A stretch of 64,000 nucleotides of DNA from Moniliella sp. 'wahieum' (lineage: Eukaryota), in assembly GCA_003971905.1 (NCBI GenBank), contig RSEE01000044.1:310001-374000 (forward strand), given 5' to 3'. Below, one piece after another: positions 25,948 through 37,417 of the stretch; position 1 is the first letter of the stretch; every line of letters begins with the position of its first letter. The notes under the pieces were generated by a model. The model searched no databases. It saw only the letters and a program-made list of their open reading frames with translations, and was not told where the DNA came from. The translations under genes and the position numbers were made by a program.

Positions 25948-28836
25948 AGCAGCAGCAACAACAAGCGGATGATGAAGTTGAGGGCACCCAGTTGGGCCTG
26001 CCGGACGACGAGGCGGACGATGTGGTGGGCAACGCGTTGGACGGACCCGGCTCGGCCGGATCCCCTTCTTCCCCGGCATCGAGTACGTCGCCCGTGTCGA
26101 GTGCGCCTCCTCCGCTTGTTGGACATGTGGTGGGCATTATCGAACGTCCTTCGGGCCAACTGTATGCAGGCACCCTGGGTCTCCTCCGCCCGTCGGCGGC
26201 AGCTACGCGAGAGAAGCAAGGTGGGGACACGTTGCGCTCGGCGACTGGGCCGACATCCATGCCGCCATCGAGCCGGCCTCGGATCGTCTGGTTCCGACCG
26301 GTGGACAAACGTGTACCGCTGATGGCGATTCCGGCGGATGAGGCCCGGACGAGTTTTGGCTCGACCCCAATTCCGACACCTCGGTCTTTTCCCGCCGCCT
26401 GTTCATTGCGACGCTCAAGCGGTGGCCTGTCACTTCGCTTCACCCGTTTGGTTCGCTCGTCGAGGATGCGGGCGTGATGGGCAACCTTGAGGCGGAGACG
26501 ATTGCCATTGTTCGTTCCACCCTTGCTATTTCTGCCGAGGAGGAGACGAGTCGACGGGCCATGGTGGCACCGCCTACCCTAGGCTCCGAGTTGACCGGTG
26601 CGGTTTCTTCTCATTCCCTCGGCGGTGCTTTGCCCCCGCTTCAGCTTACGGTGGATGAGCGTCGTTCCCTCCCGCCCCCCCACCCTGGGTTGTTCCGTCC
26701 AAGGAGCTGAGAACAGGCGCGACCTTCGTCCTGGAGCCAAAGACGAACAGTTGACGCTCTTCTCGCTGGGTCCGGCGGTGGCGAGGCACAGGCAGAAACG
26801 GCCATCTCTTTTACCCGCAAGCCCGAGGGAGACGAACTGGCGATCCACATTGCCGATGTGCCCTATTTTGTCAAGCCTTCGTCCCCGCTCGACCGCCTTG
26901 CCCGCCGGCGCGGCACCGCCACCTCCCTCGTCCAACCGTTGGCGCAGGACTCGGTCGCCATGCTCCCGCCCGTCGTCGGGGCAGAGTACGCTTCGCTTCG
27001 GCCCAACCAGGACCGGCTTGCCATCTCGTTCTTCTTCACCCTGCCCCAGTCCTCGAAGGAGAGGAGGAGTTGCCCCCCCCACGCTCACCTGGGCAGGACG
27101 CAGCGTGGTGCGTTCGTGTGCCTATCTTTCTTGGCAGGAAGCCGACCTTCTCCTGGCCTCCTCCTCTTCCTCCTCTCCCAATACCGAGGCGACGGAGAGC
27201 GCTGTGGCGAAGGCACTTGTCCATCTAAGCAAGGTGGTCGACGCACTCGTTCAGCTCGGCTTGCCGGTCGGGCCCCGGACTACCCCGGCGGCATTGACAT
27301 ACCCGACCTCATCCCCCAGTTCACCCTCAACGAGGTCAGCTTGCCTACAGACGCTAGTGTGGCCCCGCGATCCTTGGTGGGCAAGGCGACGGCACGCCAA
27401 GTGGTGGACCAAGTGATGGCTTGGCCAACCAGGCGGCTGCCAAGCTCATTGGAGCCACCCTACCGATGCCGCGCTGCTCCGTCGTGCGCCCCCGCCGTCC
27501 ACGCGCCGCTTGGCTGCGACGTGCGCCCGGTTGGAACGCTTGACTGGCTACACGCTTCGTTGCATTGAGGTGGGCGACAAGCCCTCGACACCCGTGCCCG
27601 AGGGCATCGATACTTCTCTTGTCCCTGACCGTCCGATCGTACCGAGTGCCCAGCTGCTGCAGGCGTCGCTGGAGCGTATTGGAACCATCTCGATTCCTCA
27701 CCGCATTGCGATCGAGGCGGTACTCCGGCGCGTCTTGGCCTCGTCCCTGGCTGGCAAGGATGGCGAGTACTTCTCCGCTGGACTGGCGGACATTGGCCAG
27801 TTTGCTCACTGGGCCCATGGCACGGCAATTGACACGCATTGCACCAACCCCCTCACTTCGTATGCCGACGCTCTCGTCCTCCGCCAAGTCCTCACCGCCT
27901 TGGCGGCCGGCATGCTCACCGGTTTCCCCCTCCTCGCAGTCCACCGCATCGTCCGGATGGGATGGAGCCGAAGTGCACGGATTGCGTTGCAGGCCAACAC
28001 GCGCTTGGGCGCATCGGAACGCGCCATGGGCGCCAGCGCCACCTCTACCTCTGCCTCTTGGTACACGACCTGAGTATGCGGTACGGCCCCGTTGTGCGCA
28101 TGGCTACTGTGACGGCGGTGCACGAGGGATCGTTTGATGTGCTGCTACCGTTGTGGGGGGTGGAGAAGCGCGTGCACACGGACCAACTGCCACTGTTGCA
28201 TGTTGCGCACGATGCTGCGTCCGAACGGTTGACGCTCTACTGGGGACAGGGGGACACAATTCGTTTCCTCCGTTCACAAGGCACACCCGTCGTACCCTTC
28301 CCTGCCGAAGTGGCCGAGCCCAACGATAAACAAGCCCGCGAAGCGGCACTGTTTGACGATGAAGAAGGTGGACGTGGGTGCGATCAATGCCCAGGCCGCT
28401 CACGGTTCAGTCGAACGTAGTCTCAGCTTGGCGTTCTCCAAGGGCGTCCGATTGGCTACCACCGTCCCGCGTACCGCGCCCTTGCCCCAACCCTTGCCCC
28501 AGTCCTTGCCCCAGTCTCAGGCTCAGGCTCAGGCTCAGTCTGCGCCTCTGGGCGTGCCGCCTACCTGGGGATGGACCGAGGGTACGGTGGAACAGACGGT
28601 CGAGGGCCACCGCCTTCAGACCGTATCGTTGTTGGACCAGGTGCCTGTGTTGGTCACGGTCGAGATGGTCAAGTCGCCTCCGGTGCTTAAGGTGCGTTTT
28701 TTGGTTTCGTTCTTGCTTCTTGCTTGCTTCCTTCCTTCCTTCTTTTCTCAAAGGTACTGACGATTGCTCTGATGGGCACGCGTTTGGACAGGTGTATGCG
28801 CTCAACCCGTTCAATCAGGTACCCACAGTGGCGTAA
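23854..28836 (+). CDS. SSD1: Ssd1 RNA-binding RNase II/Dis3L2-family pseudonuclease (frameshifted; intron near 28692-28791)
   Basis: RKPLFGTYLP, GTLRIN, DIFISGSKDRNRALHGDVVAVELLD, YAGTLGLLRPS, PRIVWFRPVDKRVPLMAIP, SLHPFGSL, THCTNPLTSYAD and KSPPVLKVYALNPF. The N-terminus carries HxRxx[ST] motifs. Confidence 0.92.
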
Positions 28837-29813
28837 GGACCACCGTTTTTCCGTTCGTTGGCTTTGCTTTCGTGGGCAGTTGTGAAGGGTTGGTGTGGAT
28901 GTACCTTATTCGCTTGGGTTCACTTGGGCTCTGGACCGGTTCTCATCAAGCATCCTTGCATCAGATCTCAAACCATCTTTCGTTCTTCCACCTCCCCATC
29001 TCCCATTTCTCAGTTCACCTCGCTATCCTTTGTCCTTGTCCTTTGTCCTTTATCTCTTATCTCCTGTCCCTTGTCACATTGTCGTTCCAGGTCGGCTTCC
29101 CTCTGGAGGCGCATTCCCATTCAACTTATCTCTCCCCCGTCGTTCTGTCGTTCGGATTGGGAAGGCGTTTTGGTTTTGTTTCAACTTGTTTGAACCCTTC
29201 TCTTCCTTTTTATCTCCCTTTTCTCTTTTTCTCCTGTCTCTTTTCTCCTTGTCTCCTTTTTTCCTTTCTCCTTTTTTTTTCCTTTTCTCGCTTCGAGTGC
29301 ACCCACCACCTTTCCCGGGCACTGCCTACGGGCACCCCTTACTTCCCCTCCTAGCCCCCCTCCCCCTCGTCTCATCGTTCTCCCTTCTCCCTCGTCTCAT
29401 CGACCTCCCTCCTCACCTGTATCTTGCATCCAGCTGTGGATGCATGCGTATGACATGCACATGGTTTTCTCCCCCCTCCATGATCGCTTTTGAACCAACC
29501 CCGTTGGATCGCGCTTGGTGGTTGGCCTCAAACCCTGTCGGATCAGATTTCAGATTTCAGATCTCAGGTCCTTTGGAGCTCTTGATCTCCCATCCCCTTG
29601 ATCCCCCCTCGCCTTGATCATCTCCCCTCCCCCCCACCTTGATCTTTGATCTCCCATCCCCTTGATCTCACCTCCCCCCCCTCCTTGTTCGCGGTGGATC
29701 AGCACTTGGCACTTGATCTCATTCCCCTCCGTTTTAACTCATCTTTTTCGTCCCCTTGAGACCCCCTGAACTCATCCGCTTTTCCCCGTGAGCTTTCTGT
29801 GGAGCAGGTTGGA

Positions 29814-29905
29814 GGATGGATGGGATGGGATAGGATGGGATAAGAAGGGAAGGGATAGGATGGGATGGGATGGGAAGGGATAGGATGGGATGGGAAGGGA
29901 AGGGA
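29814..29905. repeat. Purine-rich pentamer microsatellite (GGGAT/GGGAA/AGGAT)n
   Basis: Read directly from the sequence. Confidence 0.85.
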
Positions 29906-30104
29906 GGAGGGAAATGTGGTGCGGCATAGAATTGTTACATTGGAGTGACATGCATGACAAGTAATTGAAAACTCGTAACGCGTGAGGGGGGGGGGCCAAC
30001 GCAGTCACTGTGGTTTGCTTGCCACCCAGTCTCTGCACCCTGTACTGATCCGGTTTCAGGCTCTGGACTGATCTAAAGGATTCAGATTCTCATGGTAACC
30101 ATCG

Positions 30105-30201
30105 GGCGAGATAGCGAAGTGGTCTAACGCGCTGTGTTAAGGTGATTCAGTTGCCTCAACCGCAGTCCTCCGGGGCGTGGGTTCGAATCCCACTCTCGTC
30201 A
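30105..30201 (+). tRNA. tRNA-Leu(AAG) with a short (about 17 nt) intron
   Basis: Acceptor GGCGAGA/TCTCGTC, D-arm GCGAAGTGGTCTAACGC, anticodon arm CTGTG-TT-AAG-G[intron]C-CGCAG, long variable arm and T-arm GTGGG-TTCGAAT-CCCAC. A downstream T-run serves as Pol III terminator. Confidence 0.92.
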
Positions 30202-31602
30202 TTCCTTTTTTGTTTTTTTTGTTTTTCCCTAACCCGAAGTGCAAACGAAACCGTTGAGTTTGAACCAGCTTGACCAGCTTGAACGGCGTGACCCCTCTCT
30301 CTTTTACACCACATAACACCACACGCACGGCTCTTCTCGCATCCCCATGCCCCCCCCCATTCTATCCACCACGAAATCTCAGATCTCATGATCTCATCGA
30401 GCAAACCCCTCCACCACACTTAGCCTCCAACGCTTCACTTCGACAACTGAGTCTGACTTCTCTGACCACTGATTGAACTGACCACTGGCCTGTACTGAAT
30501 ATTGCATGTTCAGTGCTGCGCTGAGTACGGTGAGTACACTGAGTACACATGCTGATGGAATAGAAGGGACATGTATATGGATGGACATTTGACATCTCCC
30601 GTTTCGCGCCAAGATCCACCAACCATATGACCTGAAGATCTGCACTGAAGGCACTGGATCGGTGGGCGAGTCATTAGCATGATGTGCATGATGTGCATGA
30701 TGCATGAGGCTGAGGCCTTTTGCTCTTTCCTCCTCGCCCCCTCTCTCTCCTCCCGATCTCATTAATCTCATTAGTCATTGGATTGCACACGCCAAGCTCG
30801 CTCCGCTTTGACGTTGGTGTGGGCCCAGTGGGACGCAGGGCAGCAGAATCATAGGAGAGGGGGGGGGAGGGGGCAGAGGAGGGCAGAAGCTAATATATGC
30901 CACAGCCACAAACTATACTAAAGTAGTGTGAGGCAGACGCAAGACGCACCTTAGGCCTTATTGCTGTACTCTTGTGGGGTTACTTACCAGCTACGGTTCC
31001 GAGTAATAGTTAGCACTGCAAAGGGCGTGACTGATCTACTCGCTCTGTGGGGGGCTCGAGTGCGCCGCGGGTGGGGGGATGCCAATGTCGCTCTTCGCAC
31101 CCGGCTCGGAGTCGCTCTCGGTGGCGACGTGTGGGCACAGCTGTTATGGGGTTGAACGTTGACGCGTTGATGAGCGCTCAGGCTGAGCGAGCGACTGTGA
31201 TCCGCCCAGTGAGCACTGCCAGGCGCTCCCCCCGCCGTCTCGCTCGCGTCTCCGCTTGTCGCTCCCAGATGTCACATCCGCAATTGCAATTGCAATTGCA
31301 ACTGGAGTCGTGGCACATTGCCCCCAGGCGCCTCTGCGCCCGTGTCAATACCAGGGCCCACATATATGCGTTGTGCAACTTACCTCGCGAGACGACGATC
31401 GACGAGGATGCAGGGTGGGATCTGTGGTATCCCTCCGCGACCCTTGACAGACAACGGCCGACCTGCCAATTTTCCCTCTGACCCTTTCCTCGCCACCACC
31501 ATCCTGCCCCTCCTTCAGCACTCCCCGCCCCTCCACACCCTGACACATTCTCTCCTCACTGCACCTCATCCCATCACGTTCTTTCTTGCGAACGCAGCTG
31601 CC

Positions 31603-32912
31603 ATGTCCCGCTCCCTCTTCACGACCGTCCTCCTTGCCCTAGGTGCTGCTAGCGCCTGGGCGGGCCATCACCCGAACCAGCCTCGTGGACTGGGCTTCTC
31701 CCTCCATCACCCGGTTCCTCGTGCCTCTTCAGAGGGGCCAAAGAACGCCGAGCGCCACGGCTACCTCCTCCACAACAGCACCCTGTCTAACCAACTGGCT
31801 GCCCGTGGAAGCAGTGGCCACGCCACTTTTTACCATCCTGCCACTGAGGGAGGCTCGACTTCTGCCTGCGGTCAAACTATGGACGATAACACGGTACGTG
31901 TCCTCTTTTTCTCTCTCTCTCTCTCTCCCCATCTCAAACCAAGTCTCATCTGTTGGAAGGACTACGTGTGGCGTGTGGGGAGAATGCGCCCGTTGTTCTG
32001 CAACCGACACACATTTTCTCATTGTACTAACCCCACTATATGTGCCTCCGACTAGATGGGCTTGGCACTCTCCATCCCCGGCTGGAAACATTTTGCAAGC
32101 CAGGGGTTGAGCCAAAAGGATCTCTGCTACAAGTCCATTACGGTCCATGGAATCCTCGGCAGTCAAAGGCCAAGCTTATGGACGAATGTCCCTCGACCCA
32201 CTCCACCTGCCAGAACATCGTGCGTCCTTTTCTTTCTTTTTCTCCCGCTTCTCTTATTTGTTGACCCGATTGTAACTCCCACCGGTAAACTGACATGCCT
32301 ATATCTGTTCTTTTCTCCTTCTGATCCCAGTGTGACATTGACTTGACCTATGGTTTGTTTGGTATGCTCGCCGAACACAGCATTGGCATTTTCCCTGTGT
32401 CATGGACCTTTGATGACGGTACGGAGAACCCGTGCAACACTGATGGGAAGGCCTCTGGTGGGTCTTCGTCCCACTCTTCCTCTTCTTCGTCCTCCTCTTC
32501 GTCCTCCTCGTCCCACTCTTCGTCCTCCTCGTCCCACTCTTCGTCCCACTCTTCATCCCACTCCTCGTCCTCCTCCTCCGCCTCTCCGGCCAAGAGTTCG
32601 TCTGCTTCGTCCTCCAACGGAGAATCCTTCTCTTTCAAGCCCGAGGTGTGGGATAAGATCGACAGTCAATACTGCCCCGATGTCAGCGTTCCTCATGGAA
32701 CGACGGCAGTGGCCGTAGGACCAACCAAGCAGTACTCGAACGAGAACCTGAAACAAGTCTGTGGCAAGTGGATCTCCATCCACAGCGACAACAAGGATAC
32801 CAAAGCCATTGTCACCGAGTGGGTCCCGGAAGAGACTGAAAACTTCTTGGCTGTCGATTCCTCTCTTCAGTCACTCGCCAGCGGCTCCGTGTCGTGGAAG
32901 TTTACCTCTTAA
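31603..32912 (+). CDS. Secreted expansin-like/RlpA double-psi beta-barrel protein with two barrel-like domains and a Ser-rich linker; introns 31894-32055 and 32220-32330
   Basis: Signal peptide MSRSLFTTVLLALGAASAWA. Domain 1: GHATFY..ACG, LCYKSITV, KAKLMDECP, DIDLTYGLF, GIFPVSWTF. Domain 2: AVAVG, VCGKWISI, TKAIVTEW, VSWKF. Confidence 0.85.
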
Positions 32913-35029
32913 GGGTTTCCTTCACAAGATTGGTCCCATCGGTTCCGACGATCGGTTCCGACGCCTCGTTTTCTTCTAATATCTACTTCATCACACTTTC
33001 AACCCACAACTACATCCCCGGCGCGGGATTGGGCTTGATCACGATATTTGCACAGGGAACGAAGATGTCAATGATCTGGGTCCGCGATTCATCCATTGCC
33101 CTCTTTCCCCGCCCTTCTCTTCAGTCTGTTTTTCTCGCCCTTCTTGGCAGCTGGGTTGAACGACTCTCTGCTACATCACCCTCTTTCACCCCGTTCTTCC
33201 CTTGAGATGTGCTCTTAGGCAAGCTGGCTTGCTTTGATCAAATGTGATGCCCCTCTCATTTTCTTCTGTCTGTGGCCATACGTGCCCGCCAGGGGTGCAT
33301 TTGGTTTAGAGCGTCGGCTTGGGTATAGGCCTCCGTTGCGCATTGTGCACATGTGGATGAGAAAACTACAAGGTGCTTCCGTCATAATGTGACGTCGACG
33401 CTGCTCAGATAGGGGACAGTTTTTTGCTGGCCGGAAACGAGAAGGGGACCACAATCGGTTGATACCTAGGTCAAAAGGGAGGGCGATCGAGGGAGGCCCC
33501 AGACGCTATAGAAACTGCAATTGTCCCCTTTCTCTTATCTACCAGTTTTTCTCCCAATAGACGGGATAAAGAAAGGACTGAACGGGGGTTTTTAGTATAT
33601 CCAAACAGGTAACGCTTTGCGAGCAAAAGTAATGCAGTGGACAAGAGCCCAGAATTGTGGTCTGCTGCGAGACCTCAACAAGTGAAAATGATGTGTGGTC
33701 AGATCGTTGAGAGCCGGCGTCCAAATGAAGTGGCATATTGATCCAAGAAGATTAATATGCCCAAAAGGAAGTACTTATAGCAGCGGTCGGAACCAGGATG
33801 CCGCGACGATGCCGAGCGAAATACCTGTCATGAGAAGCATAACATACTGGAAAGCAATAACCAGAAGAAAGGCTATTCTGGAGAAGGAAACAAGAAAGGA
33901 AGTGGCCTCGCAGCCTTTCCTCTCCCCGTGGGACCAAACGCGAGTAACTGAACAGAAAATATAATGAGGCAAAAGGAGCACCTATCGTCTCGCTGAGGAG
34001 ATGCGTTGAGGACTAGATATGCTATCCTCTTTTACAAGTGCATACCCCCCATCTTCTCCTATTCCCTCTCGTCCCTTTCGTCTCAGGCATACCGCTAACA
34101 GATTGCTCGTCCGGAAAAACTTGACTTCCCTCCTCTATCGCGTCTTGACAATGTGGTAATAAAGTCATCATTCATCTCTCAGAAACTGCCCTATCGTTCG
34201 ATGGCATACCAGGGACACAGTGTAACCTTGTTCAAGACGAGCGTTGCTAATCTTACTGTTTCGTGATATCAATGAGCCGCCGGGATCTACTGCCAGGCGC
34301 TTTCCCTGACGAAATGGATGGGGGTGGAGCGGCCAAAATCTCGGCAACTTTTCCATTCCTTCATTGAACCGTTCCTTCCACATTCACATGAGCCTGGACC
34401 ACACCGTTAATGTTTCTTTATGCTTTAGTTAAGAGGAACCGATAACTTCCATGTATTCTCCAGAAAGACAGTTTCATATCACCGTGAAGTGCAAAATGCT
34501 GTCTGCCTACTAATAGAAGCGTGCAATCTTTTCAGCTGTGCCCATCAGCATAGCCATCCACTATAATGCGGTCGATGTGCTTGTTGGTCATCGACACAGC
34601 TGAGTCCTTGCGGGCTGTGATGGGGTGCCTCCCCGCTCCCCGATTAAGCCAATCACCCCGCTTTATCGACAGGAACGCTTCATCTGATCTACGTTAGCTT
34701 TCCCCGCCTGGTTGCGACCATAGGCCCTTCTAAGCGTGTGGCGAGACACTGGACTCAGGTGTTGAGAGCCAACGTGATCTACCTCGCATGATGCGAGGAT
34801 GCAACGAAGACAAGCAAGTCACAAACTCTCGCAAGGTGACCCTCAACACGGTGCACCCGTCCCCCAGTTCTACTGCAGGTGTGGCAAGCTTGCCCCTCCG
34901 TCTAGGCCGCGATTGACCTATCAGGTGGACTCTCACACGCGGTCGACCTTCCACCTCTGGGCCTTCTACTGGGCTATCCATTATAGATGCAAGAGAATAG
35001 AGCCGACCTTCTCACGATAAAAAGGATGT

Positions 35030-37090
35030 TTGCTTGGTCATAGGCACGGAAAATCACCCTCTCCCCGAAGCCTAGTACATCCGGCCAAATCGAATCTGAT
35101 GATGGCCTTTGCCACTTTGCGTGCTGTTGGCCCGGTTATATGTGATGGACAGTGGCCCCAAGTATCAATGGAGGGTATTTTGCTGTACGCCTCCGCTTCG
35201 GAGGCACCGGTTGCGCTGCAGATCAACATGGGCGTCGGCTCATCCCATTGCGAACGAAAACTGGTTCTCGATCTGTTCATGACCGAGCACCCTTCCCAAT
35301 GCCCTCCGGGACTGCCCATCGGTCCGGTGATGCTTGCGATGGTGGATGGGGGCACAGAGCCCCCTACCCCCCCCCCCCCCCACCTACCCTCTCCAGCCCT
35401 GCCATCCGCAAGGCTATGGAGCAAAGCTCGCTGACTTCGTGCGCACGTGTTGTGTGGATGAATTGCGCGCTAATACAGTGGTGACATGCGCGACCAGTGG
35501 CACTGCAGCAGCAGCGTTCTTATTTTCTTCTCCTTCTCCCTTCCTGTGAATGAGGGCATAGCTCTTGTGGGAGCAATGCAGTGAATGTTATGACTTTACC
35601 ATCTTCATTCCCAGTCAGCAGCACAATAACATACGGGAATCGCCGAGAACCTGCTGAAGGCAATGGGAATCTGCCACTGTAAGGTATGCTGACGGAAGAC
35701 AAGCTCTCCGTACGGTACTCGACGGTCGTTTCATGAACGACATTCTCATTCCGAGCTACGCCACGCTAATGCAAGCATGGCTGGCATTCTCCATTTGCTC
35801 GCCGAGGCGAAGGTGCTGTGTCGCGTTGACTGCGCTGGATGGAGCCATCAGATCCCCACCACCAAAGAATCCCGTCGATTCTTCACCTACGATGGGGAGA
35901 CCTCGGTCGCCTACAGCATACCCGCGCTTTCCTCAGGGTAGCAGCGTTGCTCCTGCAATTGCCTCGACTTACCTGGAAAAGTCTCTCCCATATCCCACAT
36001 GGTTAATATGTTCTGGGCGGAGAACATCATCATCCGAAGATGATGCCATGATGGCCAACCCTAGAAGAGGTCCTATCCATCCTCAACAGAGCCGTAATCA
36101 CGCTGAAGCTGATGTCATCCGTCATCTTTGGACGCAGGCGTGTCCCCATTCTGAGGCACCGATGGACAATGAGCTCAGTAGCGCTTCAGTGGCTCTCCAG
36201 TACTGAGCCCATTGTCCATACTGACTCTGTCACGGCCGGACACGATGCCGAAAATGGCTCATCACATCGCCGAGGCTGCCCAGACGATATTCTCGTTCGT
36301 GTCCGTCATCGAGCTCATGCTAAAGCTATTCCGACAGCAAATGTCGCTCGCTCCACATAAAACCGCATTGGGATGACCAGTGGAGAAAAGCCAATGGACC
36401 CGCCGTAAGCGGGACATCTCGCGATCTGTTTTCTTGCTGGGCGAAGGGATAGTCGTGCGCACTGAGCGGTGGGCTGGGGTGCGGTGCTCCCGGTTAAAAG
36501 AAAAAATGAACTTTGTGCAGCCTTGTTTTGTAGCCGCACATGGAAAAGAGCCCAGGACTCCTACCACACCACTCCTGGCAGGTACTGCCCCAAGTCAGAG
36601 TCTTGGTCACAATGCGGCCATGGAACGGCGGTGAACTCGATGTGGTACTGGAGACGGACACCGCGGCGATGGCTCAAATTATGCATTATCACCCAGAGAC
36701 CATAACGGGCGACCACCTCCTGTGGTCGTGGCTTGGCGACTAAGTGAACTCGAAGAACGGCATGGTAAGGCATGTACCCAGGTCAGGACATGCTCTGCCT
36801 GACTGGGCCTCTCACAATCCTTCTTCCGCTGTGGACGAATCCTTCCCGGCACATGCCTCCGATGTCACACGCATTACACCCCGAAAGAAACCATCAGGGC
36901 CTTGGGCCTGGGCCTGGACGTACCCTGGGTACATCCTCGTCTCGTGCGTCCCGATGCCAATTTGACGGCGCTGAGCTTCACCACTCCATTTGAGGGCCAT
37001 CGGCTGTATAAGTCCAATACCTAGATCAGAACTACATCGTGCACCATCCTTTTCCTTCTTCAGGTCGAGATGGTAATGGTAAGCTTAGCT
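35030..37090 (+). pseudogene. Strongly decayed RecQ-type SF2 helicase
   Basis: Motif remnants in RecQ order on one strand: GKS (~35050), LLYAS (~35180), VLD..DILIPSYATL..VALTA (~35715-35833), GIVV (~36446), HYH (~36684), ALGLGLDVP (36899-36925) and GRDG (37063-37074). Many stops and frameshifts. Confidence 0.55.
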
Positions 37091-37156
37091 ATCATCATGT
37101 AACGGACACGATCACACCGATATCCATACAAGAATCGTACAATATAAACATAAAGG

Positions 37157-37417
37157 TTGCTTGCGCATTGGAAGCATTTGGCTACTAAGTCTCAATGGAA
37201 ATGGTTCCTCGCTCGGATGTCAACCACGTTCACCCGTGTCCACACGCGCTTCCTAGAGTACCGGACCGGATGGCGACCACCGGAGGGTCCTGATATCCCG
37301 GCGATCCCCTGGTTCCTTAACCTTGGCGCTTCCAAGTAACCCCCGCAAGATGAACGGTTCGGTTTGGACGTAGTGTTTCCCCTGTTCCAGCCTTAAGCTC
37401 TGTCAATGAAATGGACG
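37157..37417 (+). mobile_element. 5'-truncated 3' end of a CRE/Cnl1-like non-LTR retrotransposon
   Basis: Closely similar, in inverted orientation, to 41213-41480. Encodes AHWKHLATKSQWKWFLARMSTTF plus a shared 3' tail ending at tcaatgaaatggacg. Confidence 0.8.

Noticed and set aside
28840..29800. Hydrophobic Phe/Leu/Ser-rich ORFs downstream of SSD1 as membrane proteins
   Set aside because: They are a translation artefact of pyrimidine-rich 3'/intergenic sequence.
34540..34590. Minus-strand HIDRIIVDG as a helicase motif II
   Set aside because: It lacks DExH and has no supporting neighbouring motifs.
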